From an uncultured Nitrososphaerales archaeon (GTDB lineage: Archaea; Thermoproteota; Nitrososphaeria; Nitrososphaerales; Nitrososphaeraceae): a stretch of 64,000 nt of DNA. The translations under genes were made by a program, and so were the position numbers. The first letter of the stretch is position 1; each line of letters begins with the position of its first letter. The stretch is taken from positions 1 to 64,000 of the forward strand of contig CAWJCY010000006.1 in assembly GCA_963841565.1 (NCBI GenBank). Reading direction: 5' to 3'. This document shows, in pieces, positions 1 to 11,002 of this stretch. The notes below the pieces were generated by a model, which saw only the letters and a program-made list of their open reading frames with translations, searched no databases and had not been told where the DNA came from.

Positions 1-941
1 TTCAGGGAATATGGTCTCGAATACCGAGGCAGATCCCGGTGGTACCCACCATGTTTCGTCGTTCATTAGTACCGTTCCATAACTATTGGCTTGTTGGTTA
101 AATCCATCTCGTACATCCATCTGTCCAGATATGAAGTGGAATGAAACTCCGTCATTTGGTCCTGGAGTAAGAATGTACCATCTCGTCAATTCACCTGGTT
201 TGGCATAGAACAGAGTAGCGTTTGGATTAACTCGAGCTTTGAGACTTGGCCTACTGCTGGAGCATATTTGTGAGCCATTCCGTTAGTGAGGACTAGATCA
301 GGTTGATCTGTAGCAAACTTAGTGATATCAAATGAACCCACTGTTCCATTGGTTCCTTTGAATAGACCTTGATCAGCGCTGTTGTAGATCTCACCAAATG
401 ACACGTAAAACTCCTTTGCTGGTTCTTCATTCTGTGGGTGAACCACAATCACACCATACATTCCATTGGCGATGTGTTCCCAAACGCCATTCAGAGCATC
501 AGCAGCACAATGATACATGAATGCTCCTCCGTTCATACCCGGAAGACTCCAGGTATGAGATTGGCCAGGTTCAACAGGGCCAGAGTTGACATGAGTATCT
601 CCTATTCCGGCATGGAAGTCTACGCTGTGAATCAGCTTGCCATCATTCTGAAGAGTGATAGTAAGGTTATCACCCTGGTCAATAGCAACTGCTGGGCCAG
701 GAATAGTTCCATTAAAGGTATATGCGTTGTATTCGATTCCTCCAGGATGCAACGCGTTATCAGGGGCTACTTGCACAACAGTTTCGTTTGTCACGAGTGT
801 CACTTGTTTATTTACACCGCTAGGTGTGAATTCTACGTTCATAGCTTTTGCAGATTGCGAACTTCCCACAAGAAGGGGATAGAAAACGAATCCGGCAACC
901 AGAATGCTAGCAAAAATTCCGGCTAGAATTGTCTGCTTCAT
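1..941 (-). CDS. nirK: Copper-containing nitrite reductase (AOA-type NirK), 3'-truncated by window edge, one frameshift near 228
   Basis: Signal anchor MKQTILAGIF; cupredoxin motifs FNGTIPGP, HSVDFH, YHCAAD...HIANGMYG; the other frame continues NPNATLFYAKPGELTRWYILTPGPNDGVSFHFISGQ to base 1. Confidence 0.85.
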
Positions 942-963
942 TTTCACTCTTATAGTATTTTGA

Positions 964-973
964 TATATAAAAG
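964..973 (-). promoter_or_regulatory. Archaeal TATA box upstream of nirK
   Basis: TTTTATATA on the minus strand ~25-30 nt upstream of the ATG at 941. Confidence 0.55.
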
Positions 974-1193
974 TATTACCGCAAGTTCCTGGCACTGGGA
1001 ATTCTATTCGGGTGTTCCTCATGGCTGGGTCGTTTAAGGTCAAGAATCTATTTTTTGCTTTGCACTAACCAAGAAGAGAATTACTGATACGATTGGGACC
1101 GCTTTGACGAGGTGGAATAAATGAAATCTTTGGCCATAGAATGAATCCGATGTATTTAATACATATAATGATAATAAAATCGGATCTATAGTC

Positions 1194-1685
1194 TTGTCTG
1201 TTAATAATGGCGATAAGGGGAAGCATCCAACAGAATCTGAAGCAGAGATGATTGTAATGATGTCGCCTTCTCACGCTAATCCTAAAGGGAATGTCTTTGG
1301 GGGAGTGATACTAAAACATGTGGACCTTATTGCGGGTTTAGTAGCCAAAAGGCATTCGGGAAGGGCGAATGTCGTCACCGCAAGTATTGACAGAATGGTA
1401 TTCCTGAAGCCAGTCTTTATAGGAAACGCACTCATTATTTCTGCTAAAATAACATACGTTCGTAGGTCCTCCATGGAAATCGAGGTAAATGTCGAGGCTG
1501 AGGACCTAGACGACAACACCAAAGTGCATGCGGCTACTGCATTCGTAACAATGGTAGCCTTGGACAAGTATGGGAAGCCTTCGAAGGTTCCCCATTTAAT
1601 TTTGGAGGATGATAATGCCAAAAAGAGGTATAGCGAGGGTGAGTTAAGGATGAAATCCAGACTTAAGGATGCAGGAAAGATATAA
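1194..1685 (+). CDS. Acyl-CoA thioesterase (hotdog fold, YciA-like)
   Basis: HANPKGNVFGGVILKHVD, VVTASID, FVTMVALD..GKP motifs. Confidence 0.85.
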   Translation: MSVNNGDKGKHPTESEAEMIVMMSPSHANPKGNVFGGVILKHVDLIAGLVAKRHSGRANVVTASIDRMVFLKPVFIGNALIISAKITYVRRSSMEIEVNVEAEDLDDNTKVHAATAFVTMVALDKYGKPSKVPHLILEDDNAKKRYSEGELRMKSRLKDAGKI

Positions 1686-1799
1686 GGGAACTGCGATAAA
1701 CGGTATCATTTCGTGCTCATCGGTGCTAGATGTGCTAACAGCTTTGAATTACGCTAGCTTAGATGTACCAGGAATTCACCGTAAAGATGTCTTGGCATT

Positions 1800-2435
1800 C
1801 TACCATTTGGAAACTTTGATAACTTCAAATGCTTCTGCGTATTTTGCATTCATTTGATACCCCCTGTAAGAACATCTTCCTTCTAGCGAATCTATCCACA
1901 AAGGCCCACATCGGATTTTTTGAGAATCAAAACAGTCAAGCGCGTTTCTTTTGATTTCTAAGGTTTCAGTGACGTCAACATAGAGTTGAGGTCTAAATGC
2001 ATGTTCACTAATACCTCCTGGAATAGTGGTTTCGTACATAAATACATCGTTAGAATCGCGAGCTGCCGCTACAACTGCTCTTGTTAAAGATTGATGGTCC
2101 TGATGTGTGTCACCGATCCACTGAGTAAATATAGCCTCAGGATTTAGTTCTTGGATTATCTTACTGATTTGAGTAACAAACTTTCTGTTGAATACGATTT
2201 CTTCAGGACTAAGATCGAGAAATTCTGGCGTTTTACAACCCATAACTTTTGCGGACATAATAGATTCTTGCTTGCGCTCCTCTTTAGTATCAGTCTTTAC
2301 AAAGTTTGGAAGAGTAGCAATAACCAGTCTCACGTCATAACCCATTCCGGCCAATTTCGCTACTGTTCCTCCCATCCCGATTTCTATATCATCAGGGTGT
2401 GCCCCAAATGCGATCATTAGTCGATTTTTTGTCAT
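1800..2435 (-). CDS. PIG-L/LmbE family N-acetylsugar deacetylase
   Basis: GAHPDDIE and DTHQDH metal-binding motifs; YAEAF C-terminal motif. Confidence 0.9.
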   Translation of the reverse strand: MTKNRLMIAFGAHPDDIEIGMGGTVAKLAGMGYDVRLVIATLPNFVKTDTKEERKQESIMSAKVMGCKTPEFLDLSPEEIVFNRKFVTQISKIIQELNPEAIFTQWIGDTHQDHQSLTRAVVAAARDSNDVFMYETTIPGGISEHAFRPQLYVDVTETLEIKRNALDCFDSQKIRCGPLWIDSLEGRCSYRGYQMNAKYAEAFEVIKVSKW

Positions 2436-2819
2436 ATCAAACCACCTAGTATACCATGAATTTTTGTGTACTTTTCGGAAAACTCAAAGGTGCAAAAAAT
2501 AGCTGAACTCCTCTTAATATACGTTTACATAGGACAATTCAAGTTTTATCTCCTTAGATAACACAGAACTAGACTCAACTCCAACAATTGCGGACGTTAT
2601 TTGTCGGGAATATTATATTTTCACGGTATTGCCAATACAAACCTGATTACAATCGTTGGGGGGGTTGCGTCAGAAGGGCTGCCGATGGACTTATGTTAGT
2701 TTTACGATTTGTCAGTGAAGTTCTTCCCTCCCTAGTGGAGCTTGTTCGCATATAGATTCTTCGGTATCTAGGCAATCGAAGTAATAAGGGAAGACACCTC
2801 TCATTTTTCATAATTTCCT

Positions 2820-3911
2820 TCCACTTGTCACACTTCGAATTGAAATAAAGATAATAATTTCTTCATACAAAACACGTTTAAGGCAATTCATGATTATGTA
2901 AACACAAATTGATTTAAACTAGTCCACTTGTATATATTTACATTCCAATATGGAGCTGATCTTTCGCCGATCTAAGCATTTTCTACATTCAATAGTAGAT
3001 ACAAGTGAGAATGAAAGTCAAACCCCCATCTCTACTCTTAGAGTATTGCACCAACCACTAATAGTTCGGAATGTAAGCATAGCAAATAGGATTCAGAATA
3101 TCCATAGAATTAAAGTACCTTCCAAATGCAGTACCACTTTGAAATTACTTCAAGATAATTTTTCAGCAATTGATGTGGAGGAATATGAAGTTGATGAGGA
3201 TGAGGATAAGGAAGATATCAAATCTAATGATAGCAATTCATCTAATGACGTCGAAAATAATAGTACTGCTGCTCGTAGTCATAACATACCAATTAAAGAG
3301 AATATGGATTATTTAGAAATACCACTAAATTCAGCCATACGGTATCAACAATCAGAAAAAGAAAAAAAGATCTTAATAAATCCAATCAAGTATCCTTGGG
3401 ACCTTCATTATGTAATTCAAAAGATTTTGCAAGAGGAAGTGACGCAAGTATCAATATCACCAAATGCATCAATATCCAAATCGACTGTTATTGATGGTCC
3501 ATGCATAATTGAAGATGACGTTACAATCGATGACTTTTGCAAAATAAAAGGACCCACGTATATTAGTAAAGGTAGTTTCATCGGGATGAGCTCGCTTATT
3601 AGAAACTGCATGATGGGTGATAAAACACGGATAGGATTCAACTGTGAAATCGCTAGGTCCTATCTGTTAGGTGGTGATAAAATTTCACATCAGAATGCTA
3701 TACTCGATAGCATAATAGGAGAAAACGTATGGTTTGGCGCGTATGCAGCGACTGTGAATGTTTTATCTAATAGACAAAAAATATCATACGAAATTGAGAA
3801 AGGCAAATCAATAGATACTGGAATAGACCGCTTTGGAGCCCTTGTCGGAAACAATTGTACTATTAGCACATCTGTCATAATCATGCCAGGAAGACATATT
3901 CAGGCTGATAC
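2820..3911 (+). repeat. 1.09-kb direct repeat, copy 1 (promoter region plus LbH acyltransferase gene)
   Basis: Near-identical to 7553-8644 at a constant offset of 4733 nt. Confidence 0.95.
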
Positions 3912-3960
3912 TATGATTCAAGCTTTATGGAAAACGTATGAAGTAAGCAGTAAGAGCTAG
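2950..3960 (+). CDS. GlmU-like left-handed beta-helix (hexapeptide) acyltransferase, copy 1; degenerate N-terminal nucleotidyltransferase remnant
   Basis: IKYPWDL linker, hexapeptide repeats, KISHQN..DSIIGENVWFGA and DTG.DRFGALVG as in the archaeal GlmU acetyltransferase domain; no LAAGxGxR motif. Confidence 0.75.
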   Translation: MELIFRRSKHFLHSIVDTSENESQTPISTLRVLHQPLIVRNVSIANRIQNIHRIKVPSKCSTTLKLLQDNFSAIDVEEYEVDEDEDKEDIKSNDSNSSNDVENNSTAARSHNIPIKENMDYLEIPLNSAIRYQQSEKEKKILINPIKYPWDLHYVIQKILQEEVTQVSISPNASISKSTVIDGPCIIEDDVTIDDFCKIKGPTYISKGSFIGMSSLIRNCMMGDKTRIGFNCEIARSYLLGGDKISHQNAILDSIIGENVWFGAYAATVNVLSNRQKISYEIEKGKSIDTGIDRFGALVGNNCTISTSVIIMPGRHIQADTMIQALWKTYEVSSKS

Positions 3961-4049
3961 CGTCAAACGACAGATGAACTAAAATACAGGCTATAGACTT
4001 CGAAAATATGTTATATGTATCATTCACAATATCTTGACAGCACCAGCCT

Positions 4050-4406
4050 ATGACAATTGGAGGTATGAATGTTGGAACAGACGTAATAGAAGTCAAACGA
4101 TTTCGGAGCAAACCACTAAATGACAGAAATACAGGATTCTATCATTCAGTTTTCACAAAATCTGAAATGATATATTGTGCTAAATTTTCTGACCCGTATC
4201 CTCATCTTGCTGGAATATTTGCTGCAAAAGAATCAATAATAAAGTGTTTGAACAAACCCACAAAAATGATTGATATAGAAATCATTCACGGACAATACGG
4301 AAAACCCTCTGCTGTTATTCATCGGAAAAGGAAGAACACCATTTCAACACGGATATCAATTTCACATACCAGATCACTTGCTATAGCAGTTGCAATAACT
4401 GACTAG
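4050..4406 (+). CDS. acpS: Holo-[ACP] synthase (4'-phosphopantetheinyl transferase)
   Basis: VGTDVIEVKRF, LAGIFAAKESIIK, GKP, ISISHT motifs. Confidence 0.88.
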   Translation: MTIGGMNVGTDVIEVKRFRSKPLNDRNTGFYHSVFTKSEMIYCAKFSDPYPHLAGIFAAKESIIKCLNKPTKMIDIEIIHGQYGKPSAVIHRKRKNTISTRISISHTRSLAIAVAITD

Positions 4407-4631
4407 ACCTTAACTTATGTTCATCTCCTAGCATCCGCAATGCAGTAAATATGAGGACCACAGTCAAATGGGTTTGAAGACATTGATAAAGTGTTAACAT
4501 TTCACACAACAAACTACGACCAATAGGTTCAGGCGGCGGCCATCTTCATATAGAAATTTTGTTTATTCATCAAATAGTGGACAAAGAATAACTACACTTT
4601 CCTTCAAAACAAAGAAGTGCATTTACAGTGA

Positions 4632-5024
4632 TTATCTCCCTGCCCCAGGTAAACCTAACACCTTTGTTGGTGACCTGTAATCTCCTTGGATATGTAATCC
4701 TTCGTTTGTAGTAACGCTAATCTTAGCAGGACTAGTATCGGGCTTGGGATAAAAAAAATATGATTGACCGGGCTTAAGTGATGACAAATTCTGAAGGTCA
4801 TCTTCTCCCAAATTCACTAGTATTCCGGTCACTTCACTTTGACCGATATTTGTAAGTCTGATTCTGTATTGCGTCCCAGAGATATCTGTAGTGTCCTTAG
4901 TCGGATCTAATTCAAGCGCGAACATCGGTCTATTAATATAACTATTGTAAAAATACAAAACGGTACCTCCTATTAGTATTGCAGCTATAATATAGTAGTA
5001 TCGTTGTTTGATCATTCTGACCAC
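4632..5024 (-). CDS. Hypothetical membrane-anchored protein with small beta-sandwich-like domain
   Basis: N-terminal TM helix followed by beta-rich IRLTNIG..L.PGQSY pattern. Confidence 0.6.
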   Translation of the reverse strand: MVRMIKQRYYYIIAAILIGGTVLYFYNSYINRPMFALELDPTKDTTDISGTQYRIRLTNIGQSEVTGILVNLGEDDLQNLSSLKPGQSYFFYPKPDTSPAKISVTTNEGLHIQGDYRSPTKVLGLPGAGR

Positions 5025-5818
5025 AATACACTTACATAAATCGATTATATAATAAGTTCCTTAGACGAGTTGCATTTAGATCGTCTCCGAGACTATGATA
5101 AGTAATCTCACCATCAAGTACAGAGATTCTTATGCTAGAAGGTCATACATATTCTATAATCTGATGTGATACTCACTGTACCATAGGCAATGCTGAATAT
5201 ATATTTACATTTTAAAAATTATGCCACAATGGGGAAAGGATTGTGGACAAATAACAGTCAGGGTGCCACTTATTACCGGCTTACGATTATGGAATAATCC
5301 AACTGAAATCTCAATGGGAAGATATAGCAATTATTATGAATCAGGGAGTTAGCACCTAATGTAGTCAGTCACTCTTCAAATGCTGTCCTATAAACTGCTA
5401 GTGGTATAGGTTTAACATATACTAGAGTACTCTTTGGTATTCAATGGTGTATTTACTAAGATTCTTATTTTTGAATTCGCATCAGCAAACATTCCTTTGA
5501 GAAAGACATAACCGAGATTTCGCTGGTGATGTGGGTAGCAATAATTTCAATTGCACTGCTGGATATACTTTGGGGATTTGTTTTCTAAGGATAGTTTAGC
5601 GGCTTTACCTCTAGCATGCGTCGAATTAGCAATACTATTTAAGGGGGTAATGAATAGTGGCCAAAACGGAATCTTTTGGTATCGAGGCGAAGATAGCTAC
5701 TTATGAGGCTCGTAAATAGATGCATTTTCGATAGATAATATTTCACTGAAGTAACGATAAGTGCATTCTATCCTAACTCACTTAAATCCGTTAGGCAATT
5801 ATTGGGAAGACAATAGGC

Positions 5819-6127
5819 ATGGATGATTCAAAACTGTTTTTTGTGACCAAAGTGACAGGGATTTTTGCTGTTCTGATGGTAGTTGGTGCATTCGCACTAT
5901 CTCAAACCTCGACAGTAGGCATTGTTTTTGGTGAGGCAGTACCGCTTATCCCAATCAATACAGGTAATTCTGTCCTAAACAATGAGCTTCCATTATTTTA
6001 CGACTGTATCGAAGAGGCTGTAGACAATAGTTTGTCGAGCACCGAGCCCAATTACTTTAAGAAAGAACCTACAAGAGCAGAAGTAAGAGGGTGTTATGAA
6101 GATACCATAGAAAATAATGGAAAGTAA
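5819..6127 (+). CDS. Small secreted two-Cys hypothetical protein
   Basis: Hydrophobic N-terminus; FYDC...TRAEVRGCY. Confidence 0.6.
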   Translation: MDDSKLFFVTKVTGIFAVLMVVGAFALSQTSTVGIVFGEAVPLIPINTGNSVLNNELPLFYDCIEEAVDNSLSSTEPNYFKKEPTRAEVRGCYEDTIENNGK

Positions 6128-6315
6128 TCAGGTGTCTTCGGGTACCTTATTGCGCATATAAAATTTGCAGAGCACAGAATCGATATAACTAATCTACAAT
6201 AGTGAAGTCCACGTAAACCAAGTAAATTAGGCGCCTCCTAACATTGTGACTAAGGCTCGCATTCGGTTCCTAAAGACTAGTGTAGTTCAATAAAGAATGT
6301 GGAACGGTTCTTAGA

Positions 6316-6450
6316 TCAATGGTCGTAGCCACAATCGATGCGTCGATGGTCTTGATGCTGCTCCGAACATGAAGGAAATAGAGGAGCTTCGTTCTGAACC
6401 ATGAACGATGTTCCGCATGAAGTACATTTTACTTTTTGAATTTCTTCCAT
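6316..6450 (-). CDS. 44-aa Cys/His-rich microprotein (zinc-ribbon-like), below ORF-track cutoff
   Basis: Manual translation MEEIQKVKCTSCGTSFMVQNEAPLFPSCSEQHQDHRRIDCGYDH*. Confidence 0.5.
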   Translation of the reverse strand: MEEIQKVKCTSCGTSFMVQNEAPLFPSCSEQHQDHRRIDCGYDH

Positions 6451-6723
6451 TTCTTCTGTCCATCATAAAATAGAGTCATTAAAGCGTTCAGCATATTCAA
6501 TGAATTGTGAAGAACAAAAAGTGAGAACTCTCATTTTTTCTATCGTTCCTATTATATAGAATACTAGTATGTTAGTTGGCCATTAGATCAGCACAACCGA
6601 ATAGAAGAATATTGACAAAGATATTGTTTGGAACGACGTTAAACCCTTCAGCACCGATTTGGTCACCTGAATGAATCAATGAAATTTGCTATCTGACAAG
6701 TTAGCAAATAACAATTAATTCTA

Positions 6724-6834
6724 TCAGAATTGTGTACCGCATTCCTTGCACTCTAGCCTATTCTTATTCTCAGGGCTTGGTGCAACATAAAGACTATTAC
6801 ATTGTGGACATCTTATCTCTGTTGCTGCTGACAT
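6724..6834 (-). CDS. 36-aa C(P)xCG-type zinc-finger microprotein, below ORF-track cutoff
   Basis: Manual translation MSAATEIRCPQCNSLYVAPSPENKNRLECKECGTQF*; two CxxC knuckles. Confidence 0.7.
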   Translation of the reverse strand: MSAATEIRCPQCNSLYVAPSPENKNRLECKECGTQF

Positions 6835-7552
6835 TTTAATAGCGTAATAGGCTTCCGCCTTTTTAATGTTTTCAAGCCAAATGAATCGATTTTGGAGGAT
6901 GCTGGTATTCAGTTTTGAATTGAATCAGTCAATCCAAAATTCGATATTTTAGTGTCCTGATGTGAAATAAGCGAACATAATTTATTCATGTGACAATACG
7001 GGTTCCCATGAATGTCTGTATTACTCTCGTCTGAGGTAATCGATGATCTAATTGTTAAATGGTAAAAATAGTCCCTTCCCAGTATTTCCAAACACCATGT
7101 ATCTTGGTGATCGTCATTACCTTAAGTTTGAGACATCTATCAATTCTGAAAATTCAGCTCCTACGACTGATCTTGATTAAATTTTTTAAGCTAAAGGCAC
7201 ATTGATTATGATCTTTTATGGTATTTGCTAGCGTACCAAGAGGTGTTGGAAAGACCAGAGAGCATTTTGCAGATTCTAATTTGAAGTAGGATCTAGATAT
7301 ACAGTATGCCGTATTAATTTTTGATAAGGAATTATAATGATACATAATAATTAAATAGAAAGAATAGACTTCGATATTTCATAAGAAGACTACCGCGAAC
7401 TCTCAGATTGAGGTGATAGTCTGAAAATAACGTCAAATATTCCATCCTTATAGGGAATATATCAAAAAATATGTGAATACAGATTCATTAAAGATACGGA
7501 TTTATAACAATTTCCGGTACTAACTTCGATCAGTATTTACCAAGCTCTTATC

Positions 7553-8644
7553 TCCACTTGTCACACTTCGAATTGAAATAAAGATAATAATTTCTTTATA
7601 CAAAACACGTGTAAGGCAATTCATGATTATGTAAACACAAATTGATTTAAACTAGTCCACTTGTATATATTTACATTCCAATATGGAGCTGATCTTTCGC
7701 CGATCTAAGCATTTTCTACATTCAATAGTAGATACAAGTGAGAATGAAAGTCAAACCCCCATCTCTACTCTTAAAGTATTGCACCAACCACTAATAGTTC
7801 GGAATGTAAGCATAGCAAATAGGATTCAGAATATCCATAGAATTAAAGTACCTTCCAAATGCAGTACCACTTTGAAATTACTTCAAGATAATTTTTCAGC
7901 AATTGATGTGGAGGAATATGAAGTTGATGAGGATGAGGATAAGGAAGATATCAAATCTAATGATAGCAATTCATCTAATGACGTCGAAAATAATCGTACT
8001 GCTCCTCGTAGTCATAACATACCAATTAAAGAGAATATGGATTATTTAGAAATACCACTAAATTCAGCCATACGGTATCAACAATCAGAAAAAGAAAAAA
8101 AGATCTTAATAAATCCAATCAAGTATCCTTGGGACCTTCATTATGTAATTCAAAAGATTTTGCAAGAGGAAGTGACGCAAGTATCAATATCACCAAATGC
8201 ATCAATATCCAAATCGACTGTTATTGATGGTCCATGCATAATTGAAGATGACGTTACAATCGATGACTTTTGCAAAATAAAAGGACCCACGTATATTAGT
8301 AAAGGTAGTTTCATCGGGATGAGCTCGCTTATTAGAAACTGCATGATGGGTGATAAAACACGGATAGGATTCAACTGTGAAATCGCTAGGTCCTATCTGT
8401 TAGGTGGTGATAAAATTTCACAACAGAACATATTGGTGGATAGCATAATAGGAGAAAACGTATGGTTTGGCGCTTATGCGGCGACCTTGAATGCTCTATC
8501 TACTAAACAAAAAATATCATACGAAATTGAGAAAGGCAAATCAATAGATACTGGAATAGACCGCTTTGGAGCCCTTGTCGGAAACAATTGTACTATTAGC
8601 ACATCTGTCATAATCATGCCAGGAAGACATATTCAAGCTGATAC
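7553..8644 (+). repeat. 1.09-kb direct repeat, copy 2
   Basis: Near-identical to 2820-3911. Confidence 0.95.
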
Positions 8645-8690
8645 ATTCGTGAAACCTGAAACAACCGTTGCCAAGAGCATAGGTCATTAA
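7683..8690 (+). CDS. GlmU-like LbH acyltransferase, copy 2 (His to Gln at the predicted catalytic position)
   Basis: Paralog of 2950-3960; KISQQN instead of KISHQN; different C-terminal tail. Confidence 0.75.
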   Translation: MELIFRRSKHFLHSIVDTSENESQTPISTLKVLHQPLIVRNVSIANRIQNIHRIKVPSKCSTTLKLLQDNFSAIDVEEYEVDEDEDKEDIKSNDSNSSNDVENNRTAPRSHNIPIKENMDYLEIPLNSAIRYQQSEKEKKILINPIKYPWDLHYVIQKILQEEVTQVSISPNASISKSTVIDGPCIIEDDVTIDDFCKIKGPTYISKGSFIGMSSLIRNCMMGDKTRIGFNCEIARSYLLGGDKISQQNILVDSIIGENVWFGAYAATLNALSTKQKISYEIEKGKSIDTGIDRFGALVGNNCTISTSVIIMPGRHIQADTFVKPETTVAKSIGH

Positions 8691-8999
8691 TTGTCAAGCA
8701 GAGTAGGTTGGTTACTGACACGATTCACAATTCGGCGAAATTGTTTCGATGGACTAACCGTTTGGGTTTAATTGGAAAGAACTTGCAGGGTGAACGAGAC
8801 CACGACTAAGGTCACAGATCATTTTCAATATGGTTCAACTTGACATCTGCATAAAAGCTTTCAGTAATTCAATTATGCACGATTGGGAACATACTCTCCA
8901 CGTTAATGTTCTGAATAAGGCAATATCGACATAGATCCAATCTCCTAGTCAATTATTCCGGAATCTATATAAGAATTCGACGCAAAGCAATCTAAGTCA

Positions 9000-10763
9000 A
9001 TGCAGTCGCAGGTGGAACCTAACCTATCGTACTTCATAGCGAAAGCACGATCTATAGAGGGCCGAATTTTCCAAAAGAAAATCAAAATAGCTATTCTTAG
9101 CAGCTTTACAATCAATGGATTAGAAGAAGCCCTTCGAGTTAAATGTGCAGAAAGAGACATAACCTGCGTGACTTATATTTGCGGATATGGTCAGTACAAT
9201 CAAGATATTCTCGATCAATCAAGTAAATTGTATGAATTCTCTCCTGATATTACTTTCATCCTTATCGACACCAGGACAGTCATGTCTACTTTTTTCTATA
9301 CCCCTTATACTGTACCCGTCCACGACAGGAGAAGTTACATAGACAAGCGCGTCGCAGATTTCGTGAATTTGGTCCGAACCTTCAAAAATAGAACGGACTC
9401 AAAATTGGTCTTGACTAATTGCAGTATCCCGACCTATTCACCTTACGGGATCTGTGAAGGAAGGTCTGAGTATGGTCTTAGGGAAATGGTTTATGATTTC
9501 AACGCCAAATTGTCTGATGCGTTCAGAAGTGACCCCCAAGTGTTCTTGTTCGATTTCAATTCTTTTGTGTCCAAATATGGCGAGCTCAATGTTTTAGATT
9601 ATCGGCAGTTTCTTGTCGGTGATATCAAGGTCTCCTTGAACCATATTCCTCACCTAGCTGAGGAATTAATGGGATATATCAAAGCGAACTTAGGAGTAAA
9701 TCGGAAGTGTATAGTACTTGACTTAGATAACACATTATGGGGTGGTATAATTGGAGAGGATGGGTTTGATCGAATTGACCTTTCATTAAAACCACCTGGT
9801 ATGGCTTTTGTGGAATTTCAGCGCGTACTTCTAGCACTATACCAAAGAGGTATAATTCTTGCAATTAACAGCAGAAACAACGAAGATGAGGCTTTAAGGG
9901 CTATTAGAGAACATCCATACATGGTTCTTCGAGAAGAAAATTTTGCAACTATGAAAATAAACTGGAGCGACAAAATTTCTAATATGAAAGAAATAGCAGA
10001 GGTATTAAATATTGGATTAGATAGCATTGTCTATTTTGATGATGATCCCATAAATAGGGAATTAATGTTAAAGGCCATACCACAGGTTATGACGGTCAAC
10101 TTGCCAGATGATCCATCTTTGTATGCTTCAACCTTGATGAGAATTAATGATTTTAACACCCTCTCCGTGACTAGTGAAGATAGAAATAGAGGTGCGATGT
10201 ACAAACAGGAACAGAAAAGAAATGAATTAAAGAATTCTGCTTCGAATTTGGAAGATTTTCTTAAGCAACTGGAAATCAGAGTGACGATGAAGAAAGCAAA
10301 TGATTTCACGATTCCGAGAATAGCTCAGCTCACGCTCAAAACAAATCAATTCAATCTTACCACGCGTCGTTATCAAGAAGAAGATGTTCAGATGTTTGCT
10401 CATGATCAAACCAAATTGATCGGGTGTGCACAAACCAAGGACAAATTCGGCGATAATGGTATTACCGGCGTATATATTGTTAACAAGAATCACACAGATA
10501 AAGAATGGTTCATAGATACTTTTCTGTTAAGTTGTAGAGTAATGGGGAGAGGCATAGAGGACGTGATGCTTGGATATATCTTGAATAAAGCGAAGGAGGA
10601 AGGGGTCGTAAAAGTCAAAGCTGAATTCATACCAACGAAAAAAAACAAACCATGCGAACAACTCCTGCCTAACTTTGGGTTCAAAAAGGAAGGAGAACAA
10701 TGGGTGTATACTTGTCAAGTACCCATTAAGCAGACAAGTCATATTGAACTAAATGAAGATTAA
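9000..10763 (+). CDS. FkbH-like HAD-IIIC glyceryl-ACP synthase with N-terminal extension and C-terminal GNAT-like domain
   Basis: VLDLDNTLWGG, YFDDDP, RIAQLTLKTNQFNLT, DKFGDNG, LLSCRVMGRGIE signatures. Confidence 0.92.
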   Translation: MQSQVEPNLSYFIAKARSIEGRIFQKKIKIAILSSFTINGLEEALRVKCAERDITCVTYICGYGQYNQDILDQSSKLYEFSPDITFILIDTRTVMSTFFYTPYTVPVHDRRSYIDKRVADFVNLVRTFKNRTDSKLVLTNCSIPTYSPYGICEGRSEYGLREMVYDFNAKLSDAFRSDPQVFLFDFNSFVSKYGELNVLDYRQFLVGDIKVSLNHIPHLAEELMGYIKANLGVNRKCIVLDLDNTLWGGIIGEDGFDRIDLSLKPPGMAFVEFQRVLLALYQRGIILAINSRNNEDEALRAIREHPYMVLREENFATMKINWSDKISNMKEIAEVLNIGLDSIVYFDDDPINRELMLKAIPQVMTVNLPDDPSLYASTLMRINDFNTLSVTSEDRNRGAMYKQEQKRNELKNSASNLEDFLKQLEIRVTMKKANDFTIPRIAQLTLKTNQFNLTTRRYQEEDVQMFAHDQTKLIGCAQTKDKFGDNGITGVYIVNKNHTDKEWFIDTFLLSCRVMGRGIEDVMLGYILNKAKEEGVVKVKAEFIPTKKNKPCEQLLPNFGFKKEGEQWVYTCQVPIKQTSHIELNED

Positions 10764-11002
10764 TGTCTGACAATCTTTTGGATATTATTGCTAATGTTAT
10801 GGAAGTACAGGTTTCTCAGATTGATGATGAGTCGGGACCCGAAACAATCGAAAATTGGGATTCATTCCGTGGATTGATATTATTTGAGGAACTTGAATCG
10901 AAATTTAATGTGAAATTTACTCTTAATGAATTACTAAACATCAAGAAAATAAAGGACATAAAAAATATCCTATCAGTACGCGGTGCATCGTTAAATGAAT
11001 GA
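10763..11002 (+). CDS. Acyl carrier protein
   Basis: 79 aa, acidic, NWDSF phosphopantetheine-Ser motif, ELESKFNVKF; start overlaps the FkbH stop. Confidence 0.85.
   Translation: MSDNLLDIIANVMEVQVSQIDDESGPETIENWDSFRGLILFEELESKFNVKFTLNELLNIKKIKDIKNILSVRGASLNE

Noticed and set aside
3688-8507. Diversity-generating retroelement (TR/VR pair) explaining the variable patch in the duplicated genes
   Set aside because: Mismatches are not adenine-specific (C/G, T/C, G/T changes in both copies), both copies are full genes, and no reverse transcriptase is present
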